In this document: piece by piece, positions 42,955 to 53,320 of the stretch
How positions within the stretch are numbered: position 1 is the first letter of the stretch
Layout of the letters: the number at the start of each line of letters is the position of its first letter
Source of the DNA: Polyangiales bacterium
GTDB lineage: Bacteria; Myxococcota_A; Polyangia; Polyangiales; JADJQN01
Direction: 5' to 3'
Assembly: GCA_964202905.1 (NCBI GenBank)
Contig: CAXNJO010000007.1
Coordinates: 32,001 to 96,000, forward strand
Length of the DNA stretch: 64,000 bases
Notes under the pieces: generated by a model
Database searches by the model: none
What the model was told of the DNA's origin: nothing
Seen by the model: only the letters and a program-made list of their open reading frames with translations
Made by a program: the position numbers and the translations under genes

Positions 42955-44314
42955 ATGAGCACCCGACCCGCGCCGACGTCCGCTCCCGAATCCGCCGCCG
43001 CCGGCCGCCCCGGTCTCGTCGCCGACGAGGGCGGCGCGATCATGGTCATCGGCGTGTTCATGGCCGTCCTGCTGGTCGGCTTCATGTACTACCTGATCGG
43101 CGTCGGCGAGACGATCTTCTACCGCGAGCGCATGGCCGACGCGGCCGACGCGGGCGCGTGGGCGGCAGCCGTGATGCATGCGCGCGGGATGAACGCGATC
43201 GTGCTCATCAACATGATCATGGCTGCCATCGCTGCGGTCGTGCTCGCGATCGGCGCGGTGCTCTTCATCATCGACGTGGGCATCGCGATCGCGACGGCGC
43301 TCGTGGCCTCGGTGGTCACCGCGCCCATCGGGGCGCCGGTGCTCAGCTGCGCTCACCCCGATCCGGCCGGTCGTGAACACCATCCATCAGGCCGCGCAGC
43401 GCTTCGCGAATGCCGTCCTGCCCGTGCTCAACAAGGCCGCGACCGGCGTGAAATACGCGACGCCCTGGATCGCGCAGGTGAAAGTGCTGAACGTCGGCGA
43501 GTCGTACAAGCCGCCCGTCGACGTGGGCATCTTCGTGTCGAAGACGCTCGTCGACGGGCTGCCCGTCGAGGACGACGAGTGCAAGGTCCTCGAGGATCGC
43601 GGCATCAAGTACATCGAGGTCCTGATCGGCAACGCGCTCGGCAACATCCCGATCCTGAGCACCGTGATGGGGTGGGTGGGCGGCCTCGCGGCGAAGGCCG
43701 GCAGCGCGGTCTACGGCGGCGTCTGCGGGAGCGGCGGAGGAACCGCCGGCGCCGACGTGGTCTCGGACGCCGTCGGGGCTGCGACGGACGCGGCCATGGA
43801 AGAGGCGGGCTGCAACGACGACCCGCCCCCGGACCCGATGCCCGAGGGCTGCGACGCGGAGCTCCCCGAGACGAGCGGCGTGACCGCGCCCGCGAGCACC
43901 TCGACCGGCTCCGACGGCAAGGGCCCGAAGAAGGTCAAGGACGACTGCAACCTCGGCGACGAGTGCTTCCAACTCCGCGCCATCATGGTCGGCACGCCCG
44001 GCTATGAGAAGACGATGCGCGGCGTGCAGATCGCGAACTGGGGCCACGAGAACGAGACCGGCTCCATGTACACCCAGATGGCGAACCTCGGCCGCGGCTC
44101 GCTCGCGCAGGCGGAGTTCTACTGGGACAAGGGCGACGAGGACGCGCAGGAGATGCGCGACGACTGGATGTGGGAGATGAACTGGCGCGCGCGTCTGCGT
44201 CGGTTCCGCGTCCCGGCTGACTCGCTGCTCGGTGACGCCTGCACCGCGGGGGGCGGCTTCTGCGACGCCATCCTCGGGAGCGCGGACATGATCAACGCGG
44301 TTATCGTGCACTGA
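42955..44314 (+). CDS. tadG: TadG-like minor pilin; +1 frameshift near 43350
   Basis: ADEGG|AIMVIGVFMAV...MADAADAGAWAAAVMHARGMN; C-terminal AQAEFY...W.MNWRARLRR; span is 3n+1. Confidence 0.78.
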
Positions 44315-44898
44315 TGGAGCGCCCGATGAACGCCACGGCCCGCGTCTCCACTCCCCACCCTGCGACGGCCCCGGGTCGCCGCGCGCTGCGTGCGCTGTTG
44401 CCCCGCCCGCTCCGCGCGCTCCTCCGAGACGAGCGCGGCAGCGTCATGACCGAGGCCGTCGTGATGCTCCCGTTCTTCGTGCTCGTGTGGGGCTGCATCA
44501 TCTACGTCTCGCAGCTCTACGAGAAGGGCATCGAGACGCAGGCCGTCGCGCGCGAGTGCGCATGGCGCCACGCCAAGGACAACTGCGAGGGCGATTCGCG
44601 CTGCGCGATCGCCGCCGGCCTCGACCCGAGCCGGGATTACGGCAGCGGCGACGACGCCGCCATCGAGTCGGCCGAGGGCTCCGGCGGCCCGGGCTTCCTC
44701 GGCGACGGCTTCCTCACCAACATCCTCTTCGGGGCCGACGTCACGGCGACGGCCGAGGACACGACGCGCAAGCCCGAGCTGATTGGCGGCGGCGACGCGC
44801 AGCTGACGGGCAAGGTCGGCCTCGCCTGCAACGAGAAGCCACGGGGCAACCTGGGCGAGGTCATCAGCAGCGCGTGGAGCGCGCTGTGGACGTTCTGA
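44314..44898 (+). CDS. TadE/TadF-like minor pilin
   Basis: RDERG|SVMTEAVVMLPFF, ARECAW, CNE. Confidence 0.75.
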   Translation: MERPMNATARVSTPHPATAPGRRALRALLPRPLRALLRDERGSVMTEAVVMLPFFVLVWGCIIYVSQLYEKGIETQAVARECAWRHAKDNCEGDSRCAIAAGLDPSRDYGSGDDAAIESAEGSGGPGFLGDGFLTNILFGADVTATAEDTTRKPELIGGGDAQLTGKVGLACNEKPRGNLGEVISSAWSALWTF

Positions 44899-44911
44899 TG
44901 CGGGGGGCCCG

Positions 44912-45910
44912 ATGAGCGTGCGTCGACCATCGTCCATGTCGCTCGGCGCGCTCGTCTGGGCGCGCATGAAGAGCAACGCCATTGAGTACGTGCCACGGTT
45001 CGCGCGGGTCGGGGCGCTGCTCGCGGCCCTCTTCGCGATCGCCATCGTCGTCGTTGGGCACCGCGCGAAGGCCGACCTGCACGAGGTGATGATGGGCTTC
45101 GGCGCGCAGATGATGCGCTACGAGGGCGCGCAGCGGCAGGGCGCGCCGCGCCAGCTCTATCTGAACGGCGAGCGGATGCTGCTCGCGACGGCCTCGACGA
45201 CGCACAGCCTCGACGCCGTGCTCGACTACTACGAGCGCCGCTGCATGGCCCGCGACGGCGCGCTCGAGCAGGAGCTCATGCGCGTGAGCGGCGCGGAGGC
45301 GTCGCGACTCCCCGTCGACGAGCGCCTCATCGACGCGACGATCCGCCACGACACGGGCGGTCGGGGTTATGTCGCGTGCCTCGACATGGGCGAGGACGCG
45401 ATCGGACTCACCGAACTCAGCGCGCGCCTCAAGTCCTTCTCCGACACGGGCAACCTCGGGGACGTCGGCCACCTCCGTTACGTCTACGTGACCGACGAGA
45501 CCACCTCGCGGCACGTCGTCACCTTCTGGACCGAGGGGCGCTTCGAGCTGCGCAAGGTCGTGCCCGAGACGGGCGATGCGCCGGGCCGCGACGTGGACGC
45601 GTTGCCACGCCCTGCGGGGTCGCGGCGGATGCTCTCCGCGTGGGAAGACGGCCAGCCGCAGTCGCTCACGGTCTACGCCTTCGCCCCGCAGGGCGAGGAG
45701 GCGCTCGAGCGCTTCTACCGTACGGAGCTCCCCCGACGCGGCTGGCGCGTGCACTCGCCGCGCGATCTCGCCGAGGGCTCGCTGCAGCGCCCCCCCGAGC
45801 TCGACGATGTGCGCGTGCTCGGCGCCGAGCGCGCGGGCCGCAGCGCCTTCCTCGTGCTCGGCGAGGACGCCGAAGGACACGGCACGCTCACCGTCCTGAC
45901 GGCGCGCTGA
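44912..45910 (+). CDS. Tad-associated single-TM hypothetical protein
   Basis: N-terminal TM, LNG...YERRC, GYVACL, LRYVY, DAPGRDV; located between the minor pilins and cpaB. Confidence 0.7.
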   Translation: MSVRRPSSMSLGALVWARMKSNAIEYVPRFARVGALLAALFAIAIVVVGHRAKADLHEVMMGFGAQMMRYEGAQRQGAPRQLYLNGERMLLATASTTHSLDAVLDYYERRCMARDGALEQELMRVSGAEASRLPVDERLIDATIRHDTGGRGYVACLDMGEDAIGLTELSARLKSFSDTGNLGDVGHLRYVYVTDETTSRHVVTFWTEGRFELRKVVPETGDAPGRDVDALPRPAGSRRMLSAWEDGQPQSLTVYAFAPQGEEALERFYRTELPRRGWRVHSPRDLAEGSLQRPPELDDVRVLGAERAGRSAFLVLGEDAEGHGTLTVLTAR

Positions 45911-46004
45911 CGCCGGTCGCCGCGCATCCGCGCAGGGCGCCGAGGTCGCACCTCTGCGCTTCTATTCCTCCGCGATCCGGTCTAGGGTCGCGCCCGAGGA
46001 ATCG

Positions 46005-46829
46005 ATGAATCGCAAGGCGCTGATCGCGGCGGGCGTCGCGGCCCTCGCGGGGCTGGGGATGCTTTATCTGTACATGAAGCGCTTCGAGGCCGAGGCCTCA
46101 GGCGGCGCGCCGGTCATGGTGCTCATGGCCACGCAGGACATCCCGCTCGGCACCGCGATCACGCGGCAGATGGTGGGCGCGCGGCCGCTGCCGAGCGCGT
46201 ACCTCGAAGAGCGACACATCCGCGCGTCGGACGCCGAGCGCGTCTACGGCGTGCGCGTCTCGATGGGCGTGAAGTCGAACGAATCCGTGCTTTGGACGGA
46301 CCTCGCGACGACGAGCGAGCAGCGGCGTGACCTCTCGGCGCTCGTGCGGAACGGCCAGCGCGCGATCACGGTGCGCGCCGGGTTGACCTCCTCCTTCGGC
46401 GGACTGCTCCGGCCGGGCGACCGCGTCGACGTGCTGCTCACCGCGGACCGGCCCGGCTCCGCGCTCGCGGGCGTGGGCGATCTCTCCTCGGCGCGCGTGA
46501 CGATCCCGCTGCTGCAGAATCTCCTCGTGCTCGCGGTCGGCCGCGACACCGGTGGCGAGCAGGCGCAGGGCGCGGCGCGCACGGGCGCCCGCGCGAACGG
46601 CCAGCCCAACCAGGTCACGCTGAGCGCGACGGTCGCGCAGTCGCAGACGCTGACCTACGCCGGTGATCGCGGTGAGCTGACGCTCATCCTCCGCAACCCC
46701 GACGACATCGCCATCCTCGACGGGCTGCCCGAGACGAGCGCCCGCGACATCCTCGAGCCCGAGCGCCGCGCGACCCTGCTGCGTCGCGAGCGCCCCGAGA
46801 CCGCCCCGGAGATCGAGCGTGTCCAATAG
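46005..46829 (+). CDS. cpaB: Flp pilus assembly protein CpaB/RcpC
   Basis: SAF domain VLMATQDIPLGTAIT; RAITV...LRPGDRVDVL, LQNLLVLAVG, LTLILRN. Confidence 0.93.
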   Translation: MNRKALIAAGVAALAGLGMLYLYMKRFEAEASGGAPVMVLMATQDIPLGTAITRQMVGARPLPSAYLEERHIRASDAERVYGVRVSMGVKSNESVLWTDLATTSEQRRDLSALVRNGQRAITVRAGLTSSFGGLLRPGDRVDVLLTADRPGSALAGVGDLSSARVTIPLLQNLLVLAVGRDTGGEQAQGAARTGARANGQPNQVTLSATVAQSQTLTYAGDRGELTLILRNPDDIAILDGLPETSARDILEPERRATLLRRERPETAPEIERVQ

Positions 46830-46833
46830 CCCC

Positions 46834-48090
46834 ATGCGCCGCGTCCTCAGCCACCTCCACCTCCTCGTGCTCGCGCTCGCGCTCGCCGGCCTCGCGGCGG
46901 CACCCTTCGCCGCGCCGCGCGCCGCGTCCGCGCAGCAGATGCAGCGCCGTGAGCTCGAGCTGCAGATCGGCGAGCAGACGAGCCTCCCGGCCGACGGCGT
47001 CCGCAGCTACTCGGAAGGCGTACCCGGCATCGCGGACGTCCGCGTCTCGCGTGAGACGGGGCAGTTCATCGTGCTCGGCCAGCGGGCCGGCGCGACCTCG
47101 CTCCTCCTCATCATGGAGGATGGCAGTCAGGTCCAGTACCGCATCGTCGTCAAGGGCGCCGACGCGGCGGCGACGGGGATCTCGGAGCGCGACAACGTCC
47201 GCCTCGACTTCTACTTCGTGCAGGTCTCGGACGCGTACTCCCACCGCATCGGCATCGGCTGGCCGGCGTTCATCGGAGGGCAGGGCGTCGCGCGGTTCGC
47301 GGGTGACTTCGATCTCACGACGGCGTCGCTGACGAGCGCGCAGCTGCTCGTGACGAACCAACCCCTGCCGCGGCTCGACCTGCTGCAGGAGTCCGGTTGG
47401 GCGCGCATCTCGCGGCAGGCCGCGGTCATCACCGCGAACGGCAACGAGGCCATCTTCAACAGCGGCGGCGAAGTGAACGTGCAGGCGACGCGCGGCATCG
47501 CCGGCGCGGTGCAGGCGATCAGCTTCGGCAGCCAACTCACCGTGCTCCCCAACTACGACAAGCAGTCGGGGCGCGTCGAACTGAAGATCGTCTCGGACGT
47601 CAGCGACCTCACGGATGACCGCGGCACCGGGATCCCCGGTCGCACCGTCGCGCACCTCGAGACGCTCGTGAACCTCGAGATGGGCCAGGCGATCATGCTC
47701 GCGGGCGTGCAGGCCGACTCCGAGGGCAGCTCGCGCACCGGGCTGCCGGGGCTCTCGCAGATCCCGATCCTCGGCGTGCTCTTCGGCACGCACGCGGCGC
47801 GGCGCGAGCAGACGCGGAACGTGCTCTTCATCGTGCCGACGGTCGTCGACTCCGTGAGCGCGCGCTCGCGCGACGCCATCGCAGACGCGATGCAGGTGTA
47901 TCAGGATTTCAGTGGCGGCGCGGAGGACGTGCTCCTCTTCGAGCCCATCCACAGCGGGGGGAGCCGCGCGCCGATGGACGTCGGTGGCGGCGACGAGGGC
48001 AGCCGGGAGCAGCCGCCATCCGGACGCGACGCGTCTCCGCCCGGGCGTCCTGCAGGCGGGCGTCGCGGGGCCACGCGCCCCGGCGGCTGA
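46834..48090 (+). CDS. cpaC: Tad secretin CpaC/RcpA (compact form)
   Basis: Signal peptide, Ig-like N domain (IADV...GATSLL), secretin core NGNEAIFNSGGE, GLPGLSQIPILGVLF, FIVP. Confidence 0.85.
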   Translation: MRRVLSHLHLLVLALALAGLAAAPFAAPRAASAQQMQRRELELQIGEQTSLPADGVRSYSEGVPGIADVRVSRETGQFIVLGQRAGATSLLLIMEDGSQVQYRIVVKGADAAATGISERDNVRLDFYFVQVSDAYSHRIGIGWPAFIGGQGVARFAGDFDLTTASLTSAQLLVTNQPLPRLDLLQESGWARISRQAAVITANGNEAIFNSGGEVNVQATRGIAGAVQAISFGSQLTVLPNYDKQSGRVELKIVSDVSDLTDDRGTGIPGRTVAHLETLVNLEMGQAIMLAGVQADSEGSSRTGLPGLSQIPILGVLFGTHAARREQTRNVLFIVPTVVDSVSARSRDAIADAMQVYQDFSGGAEDVLLFEPIHSGGSRAPMDVGGGDEGSREQPPSGRDASPPGRPAGGRRGATRPGG

Positions 48091-48094
48091 GACG

Positions 48095-49804
48095 ATGCTG
48101 CTGTCGATCGAGATCTCGGACGGCACGGTCGAGAACCTCGCGATCCACGACACCCCGCAGGTCGTGATCGGGCGCGACGCGGGCTGTCACGTCGTGCTCC
48201 CCTCGCCGGAGGTGTCGCGTCGGCACTGCCGCCTCGACGTCACGCCGCAGGGCGTGACGATCACCGACACCTCCGCCAACGGCACGATCGTCGGGAACGA
48301 GCGCGTCGTGCAGTCGACGGTGCTGCTGCAGCCCGAGGTCCCGTTCCGCGTCGGGCCCTACGTCGTGCGCCTTCGCGGCGGTCAGGCGCGTCGGCCGACG
48401 CCGCCGCAGGCGCCCGCGCCGCCCCCCGTCGCGCCCGCGCACGGCCTCCCCACCGCGCCCGCCGCGCCTTTTCGGGCGCCGCAAGCCCCGGCCCCGAGCG
48501 CGGACGATCCGCCTTGGCGCCACCGGAACGGCACGAAGGGCGTCTCCGTCGAGGTGCGCCGGCGCCTGCACCGGATGCTCCTCGACCACCTCGATCTCGC
48601 GACGCTCGATCGCACCAAGATGGACGAGCGGGTCATGCGCCCGAAGGTGCTCGACGCCCTCAAGCGCATCATCCAGACGATCGCGCGCGACCTGCCGCCG
48701 GGGACGGACCTCGCGCAGCTGATCGAGGAGATGAGCGACGAGGCGCTCGGGCTCGGTCCGCTCGAGCTGCTCCTCGCCGACGACTCCGTGAACGAGATCA
48801 TGGTCGTCGACCCGTCGACCATCTTCGTCGAGCGCGGCGGCCGCATCGAGCACACGCCGCTCCGTTTCACCGACGACGAGAGCGTGCGCGCCGTCATCGA
48901 GCGCATCGTGACGCCGCTCGGCCGCCGCATCGACGAGTCGACTCCCCTCGTCGATGCGCGCCTCAAGGACGGCTCGCGCGTCAACGCGGTCATCAAGCCG
49001 CTCGCGCTGCGCGGCGCGTGCATCACGATCCGCAAGTTCGCGCGCTCCGCGCTGAACCTCGAGGACCTCGTCCGCTTCGGCGCGCTCACCGAGCAGATGG
49101 GGCGCTTCCTCGTGCGCGCGGTGACGGCCCGCAAGAACATCGTCATCTCCGGCGGTACCGGCTCGGGCAAGACCACGCTGCTCAACGTCCTGTCGGGCGC
49201 GATCCCCGCCGAGGAGCGCGTCGTCACGATCGAGGACGCCGCTGAGCTGCGGCTCGTGCAGCCGCACGTCGTGTCGCTCGAGTCGCGCCCGGCGAACATG
49301 GAAGGCAAGGGCGAGATCACGATCCGCGACCTCGTGAAGAACGCCCTCCGCATGCGCCCCGACCGCATCCTCGTCGGCGAGTGCCGCGGCGGTGAGGCGC
49401 TCGACATGTTGCAGGCGATGAACACGGGCCACGACGGCTCCATGACGACGACGCACTCGAACAGCCCGCGCGAGGCCATCGCGCGGCTCGAGACGCTCGT
49501 GATGATGAGCGGGCTCGACCTCCCGTCGCGCGCGATCCGCGAGCAGATCTCGCAATCGGTGCACGTCGTGCTCCAGCAGGCGCGGCTCTCGGACGGCTCC
49601 CGCAAGATCACGAGCATCGCGGAGGTGACGGGGATCGACCCGGACAGCGGCGAGGTCATCGTGTCCGAGATCTTCCGCTTCGAGCGCACCGGGACGGGCA
49701 AGGGCGGCAAGGTGCTCGGCGAGTTCCGCGCGACGGGCTTCCTGCCCTCGTTCCTCGACGAGTTCATCAAGCGGGGCCTCGTGCGGGAGGGCGACTACCT
49801 GTGA
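48095..49804 (+). CDS. cpaF: FHA-domain CpaF/TadA ATPase (KilF-like architecture)
   Basis: FHA IGRD...VSRRH...SANGT; GLGPLE, DARLKDGSRVN, GGTGSGKTT, LRMRPDRILVGECRG, MNTGHDG. Confidence 0.93.
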   Translation: MLLSIEISDGTVENLAIHDTPQVVIGRDAGCHVVLPSPEVSRRHCRLDVTPQGVTITDTSANGTIVGNERVVQSTVLLQPEVPFRVGPYVVRLRGGQARRPTPPQAPAPPPVAPAHGLPTAPAAPFRAPQAPAPSADDPPWRHRNGTKGVSVEVRRRLHRMLLDHLDLATLDRTKMDERVMRPKVLDALKRIIQTIARDLPPGTDLAQLIEEMSDEALGLGPLELLLADDSVNEIMVVDPSTIFVERGGRIEHTPLRFTDDESVRAVIERIVTPLGRRIDESTPLVDARLKDGSRVNAVIKPLALRGACITIRKFARSALNLEDLVRFGALTEQMGRFLVRAVTARKNIVISGGTGSGKTTLLNVLSGAIPAEERVVTIEDAAELRLVQPHVVSLESRPANMEGKGEITIRDLVKNALRMRPDRILVGECRGGEALDMLQAMNTGHDGSMTTTHSNSPREAIARLETLVMMSGLDLPSRAIREQISQSVHVVLQQARLSDGSRKITSIAEVTGIDPDSGEVIVSEIFRFERTGTGKGGKVLGEFRATGFLPSFLDEFIKRGLVREGDYL

Positions 49805-50667
49805 ACGTCTCGCGCGCCACGGATTGGCTCGGCTATGGCGGCATCGCGCTGCTCGTCCTCGGCCTGACGGTCGGTGTGACGCTCGTGCTGTTCAACCCGC
49901 AGAGCGGGCCGCGCCGGGCGTATCGCGATTACGAGGCGACGCTCGAGCGGGAGGTGCGTTTCCTGCTCTACCGCACGACGGGCGCGCGCATCGCGCGGAC
50001 GCAGCTCGCCGCATCGGTCAGCCTGCTCGTCGCCGCCGCGTTCCTCGAGGATTTGCTGCTCGCGCTGCTCGCGCTGCCGGTCGCGCTCCTGCCGCTCGCG
50101 TGGCTGCAGTCGAAGCACGCGCGGCGCGTGCTGGTGATCGAGCTGCAGCTCGACTCGTGGCTGCAGCTGCTCGCGAACAGCCTCAAGGCCACGCCGTCGC
50201 TCGGCGAGGGCATCGCGTCGAGCGCGAAACTGATACGCGCGCCGCTCGGCGAAGAGCTCGACCTCGTGCTGAAGGAGATCGCGCTCGGCACGCCGCTCGA
50301 TCAGGCGGTGATGAACATGAGCGTGCGGATCGGCTCGCGCCCCGTGTCGGGCGCGCTCGCGATCATCCTCGTCGGGCGTCAGACGGGCGGTGATCTCACA
50401 CGCATCCTCGAGGAGGGCGCCGCGACGCTGCGCGAGATGTCGCGCCTCGAGGGCGTCGTGCGGACGAAGACGGCCGAGGGCAAGTCTCAGGCGTACGTCC
50501 TCGGCGGGATCCCCTTCGTGCTGCTCGGCGCGCTCTACATGGTCGACCCGTACTGGCTGCAGCCGCTCGCGGAGACGACCCTCGGCTACATCATCATCGC
50601 GGTCGCGACCTCGCTCTGGCTCGCGGCGATCGTCCTCGCGCGCAAGATCCTCGCGGTCGACGTCTAG
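49801..50667 (+). CDS. tadB: Tad inner-membrane platform TadB
   Basis: T2SF-like LLANSLKA..SL, PLGEEL, GRQTGGDL, TKTAEGK; follows cpaF. Confidence 0.88.
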   Translation: MNVSRATDWLGYGGIALLVLGLTVGVTLVLFNPQSGPRRAYRDYEATLEREVRFLLYRTTGARIARTQLAASVSLLVAAAFLEDLLLALLALPVALLPLAWLQSKHARRVLVIELQLDSWLQLLANSLKATPSLGEGIASSAKLIRAPLGEELDLVLKEIALGTPLDQAVMNMSVRIGSRPVSGALAIILVGRQTGGDLTRILEEGAATLREMSRLEGVVRTKTAEGKSQAYVLGGIPFVLLGALYMVDPYWLQPLAETTLGYIIIAVATSLWLAAIVLARKILAVDV

Positions 50668-50681
50668 CCTCGCGGAGACCC

Positions 50682-51599
50682 ATGCTGTTTCAGCCCTCCA
50701 CGCTCACCGTCCTCGTCGGCCTCGTCTCGCTCGGCCTGTTCGCGCTCGGCGTGGCGTCCGCGGTCTTCGTGCTCGCGCGGAACCCGCCTGCTGTCCCGCC
50801 GCGCCTCGGCGCGCGGGGCTTGCGGCGCGCGCAGGCGCTCGCGGACGGCGGTCTCTTCGCGGTCGTCGAGCCCGTGATGCGCGTGACCGCGGGTTGGATC
50901 TCGCACCTGCCGATCGCGCCTCGGCGTCACGCGATCGACGAGCAGCTCGTGCACGCGGGCGATTGGCTCGGTCTCACGGCGGACGAGTACATCGCGCTCA
51001 CGAGCCTCTCGGGCGTGTTCTTCTCCATCCTGGGGCTCTCGATCATCACGATGCTCGAGCTGCCCGCGATGCTCGCGTTCTTCTTCGCGGGGCTCGGGCT
51101 CGTCCTCCCGTACATGCGGCTCACCGGTGAGATCGCGCGGCGTTTCAAGGAGGTCAACCGCTCGCTCCCGGCGGCCATCGATCTCGCGGCGCTGTGCATG
51201 AACGCGGGCCTCGATTTCCCGGGCGCGCTGCGGCAGTTCGTCGACAAGTCGGCCTCACGGCAGGACACGCTCGTCCTCGAGTTCGGCCGCATCCTGCAGG
51301 AGCTCGAGCTCGGGCGGACGCGGCGTCAGGCGCTCGAGAACTTCGCCGAGCGCTGCCCGACGGACGCCGTGCGTGATTTCGTCGGCTCGGTGGTGCAGGC
51401 CGAGGAGAAGGGCAACCCGTTGGCGCAGGTGCTGCGAATCCAGGCGGGCATGCTGCGCATGCGGCGCAGCATCATGGCCGAGGAGAACGCGGCGCGTGCG
51501 GCCGTCATGATGATGGGGCCGCTCATGCTGATTTTCTGCGCGATCATCATCATCCTGCTCGGCCCATTCATCGTGAACTCGATGGGCAAGGGGGTCTGA
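50682..51599 (+). CDS. tadC: Tad inner-membrane platform TadC
   Basis: LPAAIDLAALCMNAGLDF, GRTRRQAL, QAEEKGNPLAQVLR, AEENAAR, PLMLIF. Confidence 0.9.
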   Translation: MLFQPSTLTVLVGLVSLGLFALGVASAVFVLARNPPAVPPRLGARGLRRAQALADGGLFAVVEPVMRVTAGWISHLPIAPRRHAIDEQLVHAGDWLGLTADEYIALTSLSGVFFSILGLSIITMLELPAMLAFFFAGLGLVLPYMRLTGEIARRFKEVNRSLPAAIDLAALCMNAGLDFPGALRQFVDKSASRQDTLVLEFGRILQELELGRTRRQALENFAERCPTDAVRDFVGSVVQAEEKGNPLAQVLRIQAGMLRMRRSIMAEENAARAAVMMMGPLMLIFCAIIIILLGPFIVNSMGKGV

Positions 51600-51605
51600 A
51601 CGAAC

Positions 51606-52472
51606 ATGGACACCTACGTCGAGGTCCTGCGCGCAGACGGAAGCTCCGAGCGTCACCGCATCGAGGGCGAGCAGATGACGCTCGGCCGCTCGCCGGCGGC
51701 CGGCATCACGGTCACCGGCGTCGACGAGCTCGAGCCCGAGCACCTGCTCGTCGCCCCGCGCTCGGACGGCTGCTGGGTGGCGATCGCGAAGGGCGCGCGG
51801 GTCGGCGCCGTCGTGCGGGGCGCGCCGTTCGAGCACGGGCTGCTCGCGTGGGGCTCGGAGATCGAGATCGGCTCCATGCGCTTGCGTGTGAGTGACGTCG
51901 TCCCGGGCGCGAAGAAGGAGCAGAAGGTCAGCACGCCGGTCGCGCTCGCCGCCCTCGTCGGGATCGGGCTCGTCGGGTGGATGCTGCTGTCGGACAATGG
52001 GGGCGAGCTGCCGGAGACCGCGGCGACGGCGCCTCCGCTCTTCGGCGCGCTGCCGACGTGTGGCTCCGACGGGCCCGCGGCGTTGCACGGCGCGCGCGAG
52101 GCCGCCGAGGCCGCGGCCGCGAAGAGCGAGCGCTACGTGTTCAGCGCACAGGACGGCGTGACGGCGGTCTCGCTCTACGGGCGCGCGCAGGTGTGCTTCG
52201 GACAGGCGGGAGCCGCGGCCGCCGCGCGCCGGATGTCGACCGAGCGTGAGGCGATGACGCGTCGGATCGACGAGGACTACAAGACGCACCGCCTGCGCCT
52301 CGAGCGCTCGCTGCACCACGCGCGCTTCCCCGAGGCGCTCGTCGAGGCGCACGCGCTGCGGGCACTCACGCGGCACCTCGAGGGGCCGTACGTCGACTGG
52401 CTCATGCTGCTCGAGCGGCGCCTGCAGATGCTCGTGGACACCGCGAACCTGCGGGCCTCGAGCGGGCAGTGA
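51606..52472 (+). CDS. Bitopic protein with degenerate FHA-like N-domain and helical periplasmic domain
   Basis: MTLGRSPAAG...EPEH...EIEIGSMRL; TM ALAALVGIGLVGWML. Confidence 0.65.
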   Translation: MDTYVEVLRADGSSERHRIEGEQMTLGRSPAAGITVTGVDELEPEHLLVAPRSDGCWVAIAKGARVGAVVRGAPFEHGLLAWGSEIEIGSMRLRVSDVVPGAKKEQKVSTPVALAALVGIGLVGWMLLSDNGGELPETAATAPPLFGALPTCGSDGPAALHGAREAAEAAAAKSERYVFSAQDGVTAVSLYGRAQVCFGQAGAAAAARRMSTEREAMTRRIDEDYKTHRLRLERSLHHARFPEALVEAHALRALTRHLEGPYVDWLMLLERRLQMLVDTANLRASSGQ

Positions 52473-53320
52473 CGGCGCCGGGCGCGATGGCCTCCCGACC
52501 GCGCCGTCTGTTCGCGCCGTGCGTCGCGGCCGTGCTGACCGTCGCGGCGTGCGGGGGCGCGGGCGCGGGCGCGCCGGAGGGCCCGCCGCCGACGGATCCG
52601 GTCGCGGAGGTGGGGGCGCAGCGCCTCTTCGACACGGGGATCGCGGCGGCCGCGCAAGGGGACTACGTGCGCGCGGAGCAGTACCTCGCTGCCGCGGGCG
52701 CGCGCGGGTACGAGGAGGCGGCGGTCATCGGGCCGCTCGTGCGCGTGTGCGTCGCGGCCTCGCGGCTCCGGCAGGCGCTCGTCTACGCGCAGCCCTACCT
52801 CCGGCGGCACGCGACGGACTGGCGGCTGCGCTTCGTCGTCGCGGCGGTGCTGCTCGGGCTCGAGCGGGTCGACGATGCGCGCGCGGAGCTCGAGCGCGTG
52901 ATCGCCACCGCGCCGGAGGCCCCGGAGCCGTACTTCGTGCTCGGTGCGCTGCTGCGCGACCGGCTCCGCGACGACGCCGCTGCGCGGCCGCGCTTCGAGC
53001 GCTACCTCGCGCTCGTGCCGGAGGGTGCGCACTCGGACGAAGCGCGCGTCGCGCTCGCGTCGCCGCTGCCCGCGCAAGGGCCCCCGCAAGTGACCCCGCA
53101 GGACCCGACGCTCCAGCCCGCGCCGACCCCGGTGGCTCTGCCGGCGCCAGCGGCGCAGCCGGTTCAGGCGCCAGCGGCGCAGCCGGTTCAGGCGCCAGCG
53201 GCGCAGCCGGTTCAGGCGCCAGCGGTGCGGGCCGCCGTGCCCCCCGCCGCGCCGCCGGGACCGGTGCGGCTCCCCGCGCGCACGCGCCCGACGCCTCCCA
53301 CCGAGACAGGTACGCCGTGA
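52469..53320 (+). CDS. TPR lipoprotein (TadD/pilotin-like) with Pro/Ala-rich tail
   Basis: Lipobox VAAC; TPR patterns GDYVRAEQYL, ARAELERVIATAPEAPEPYFVLG, FERYLALVPEG. Confidence 0.75.
   Translation: MTAPGAMASRPRRLFAPCVAAVLTVAACGGAGAGAPEGPPPTDPVAEVGAQRLFDTGIAAAAQGDYVRAEQYLAAAGARGYEEAAVIGPLVRVCVAASRLRQALVYAQPYLRRHATDWRLRFVVAAVLLGLERVDDARAELERVIATAPEAPEPYFVLGALLRDRLRDDAAARPRFERYLALVPEGAHSDEARVALASPLPAQGPPQVTPQDPTLQPAPTPVALPAPAAQPVQAPAAQPVQAPAAQPVQAPAVRAAVPPAAPPGPVRLPARTRPTPPTETGTP
53143..53225 (+). repeat. 24-nt perfect tandem repeat GGCGCCAGCGGCGCAGCCGGTTCA x3.5
   Basis: Exact copies at 53143, 53167 and 53191; encodes APAAQPVQ. Confidence 0.95.
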
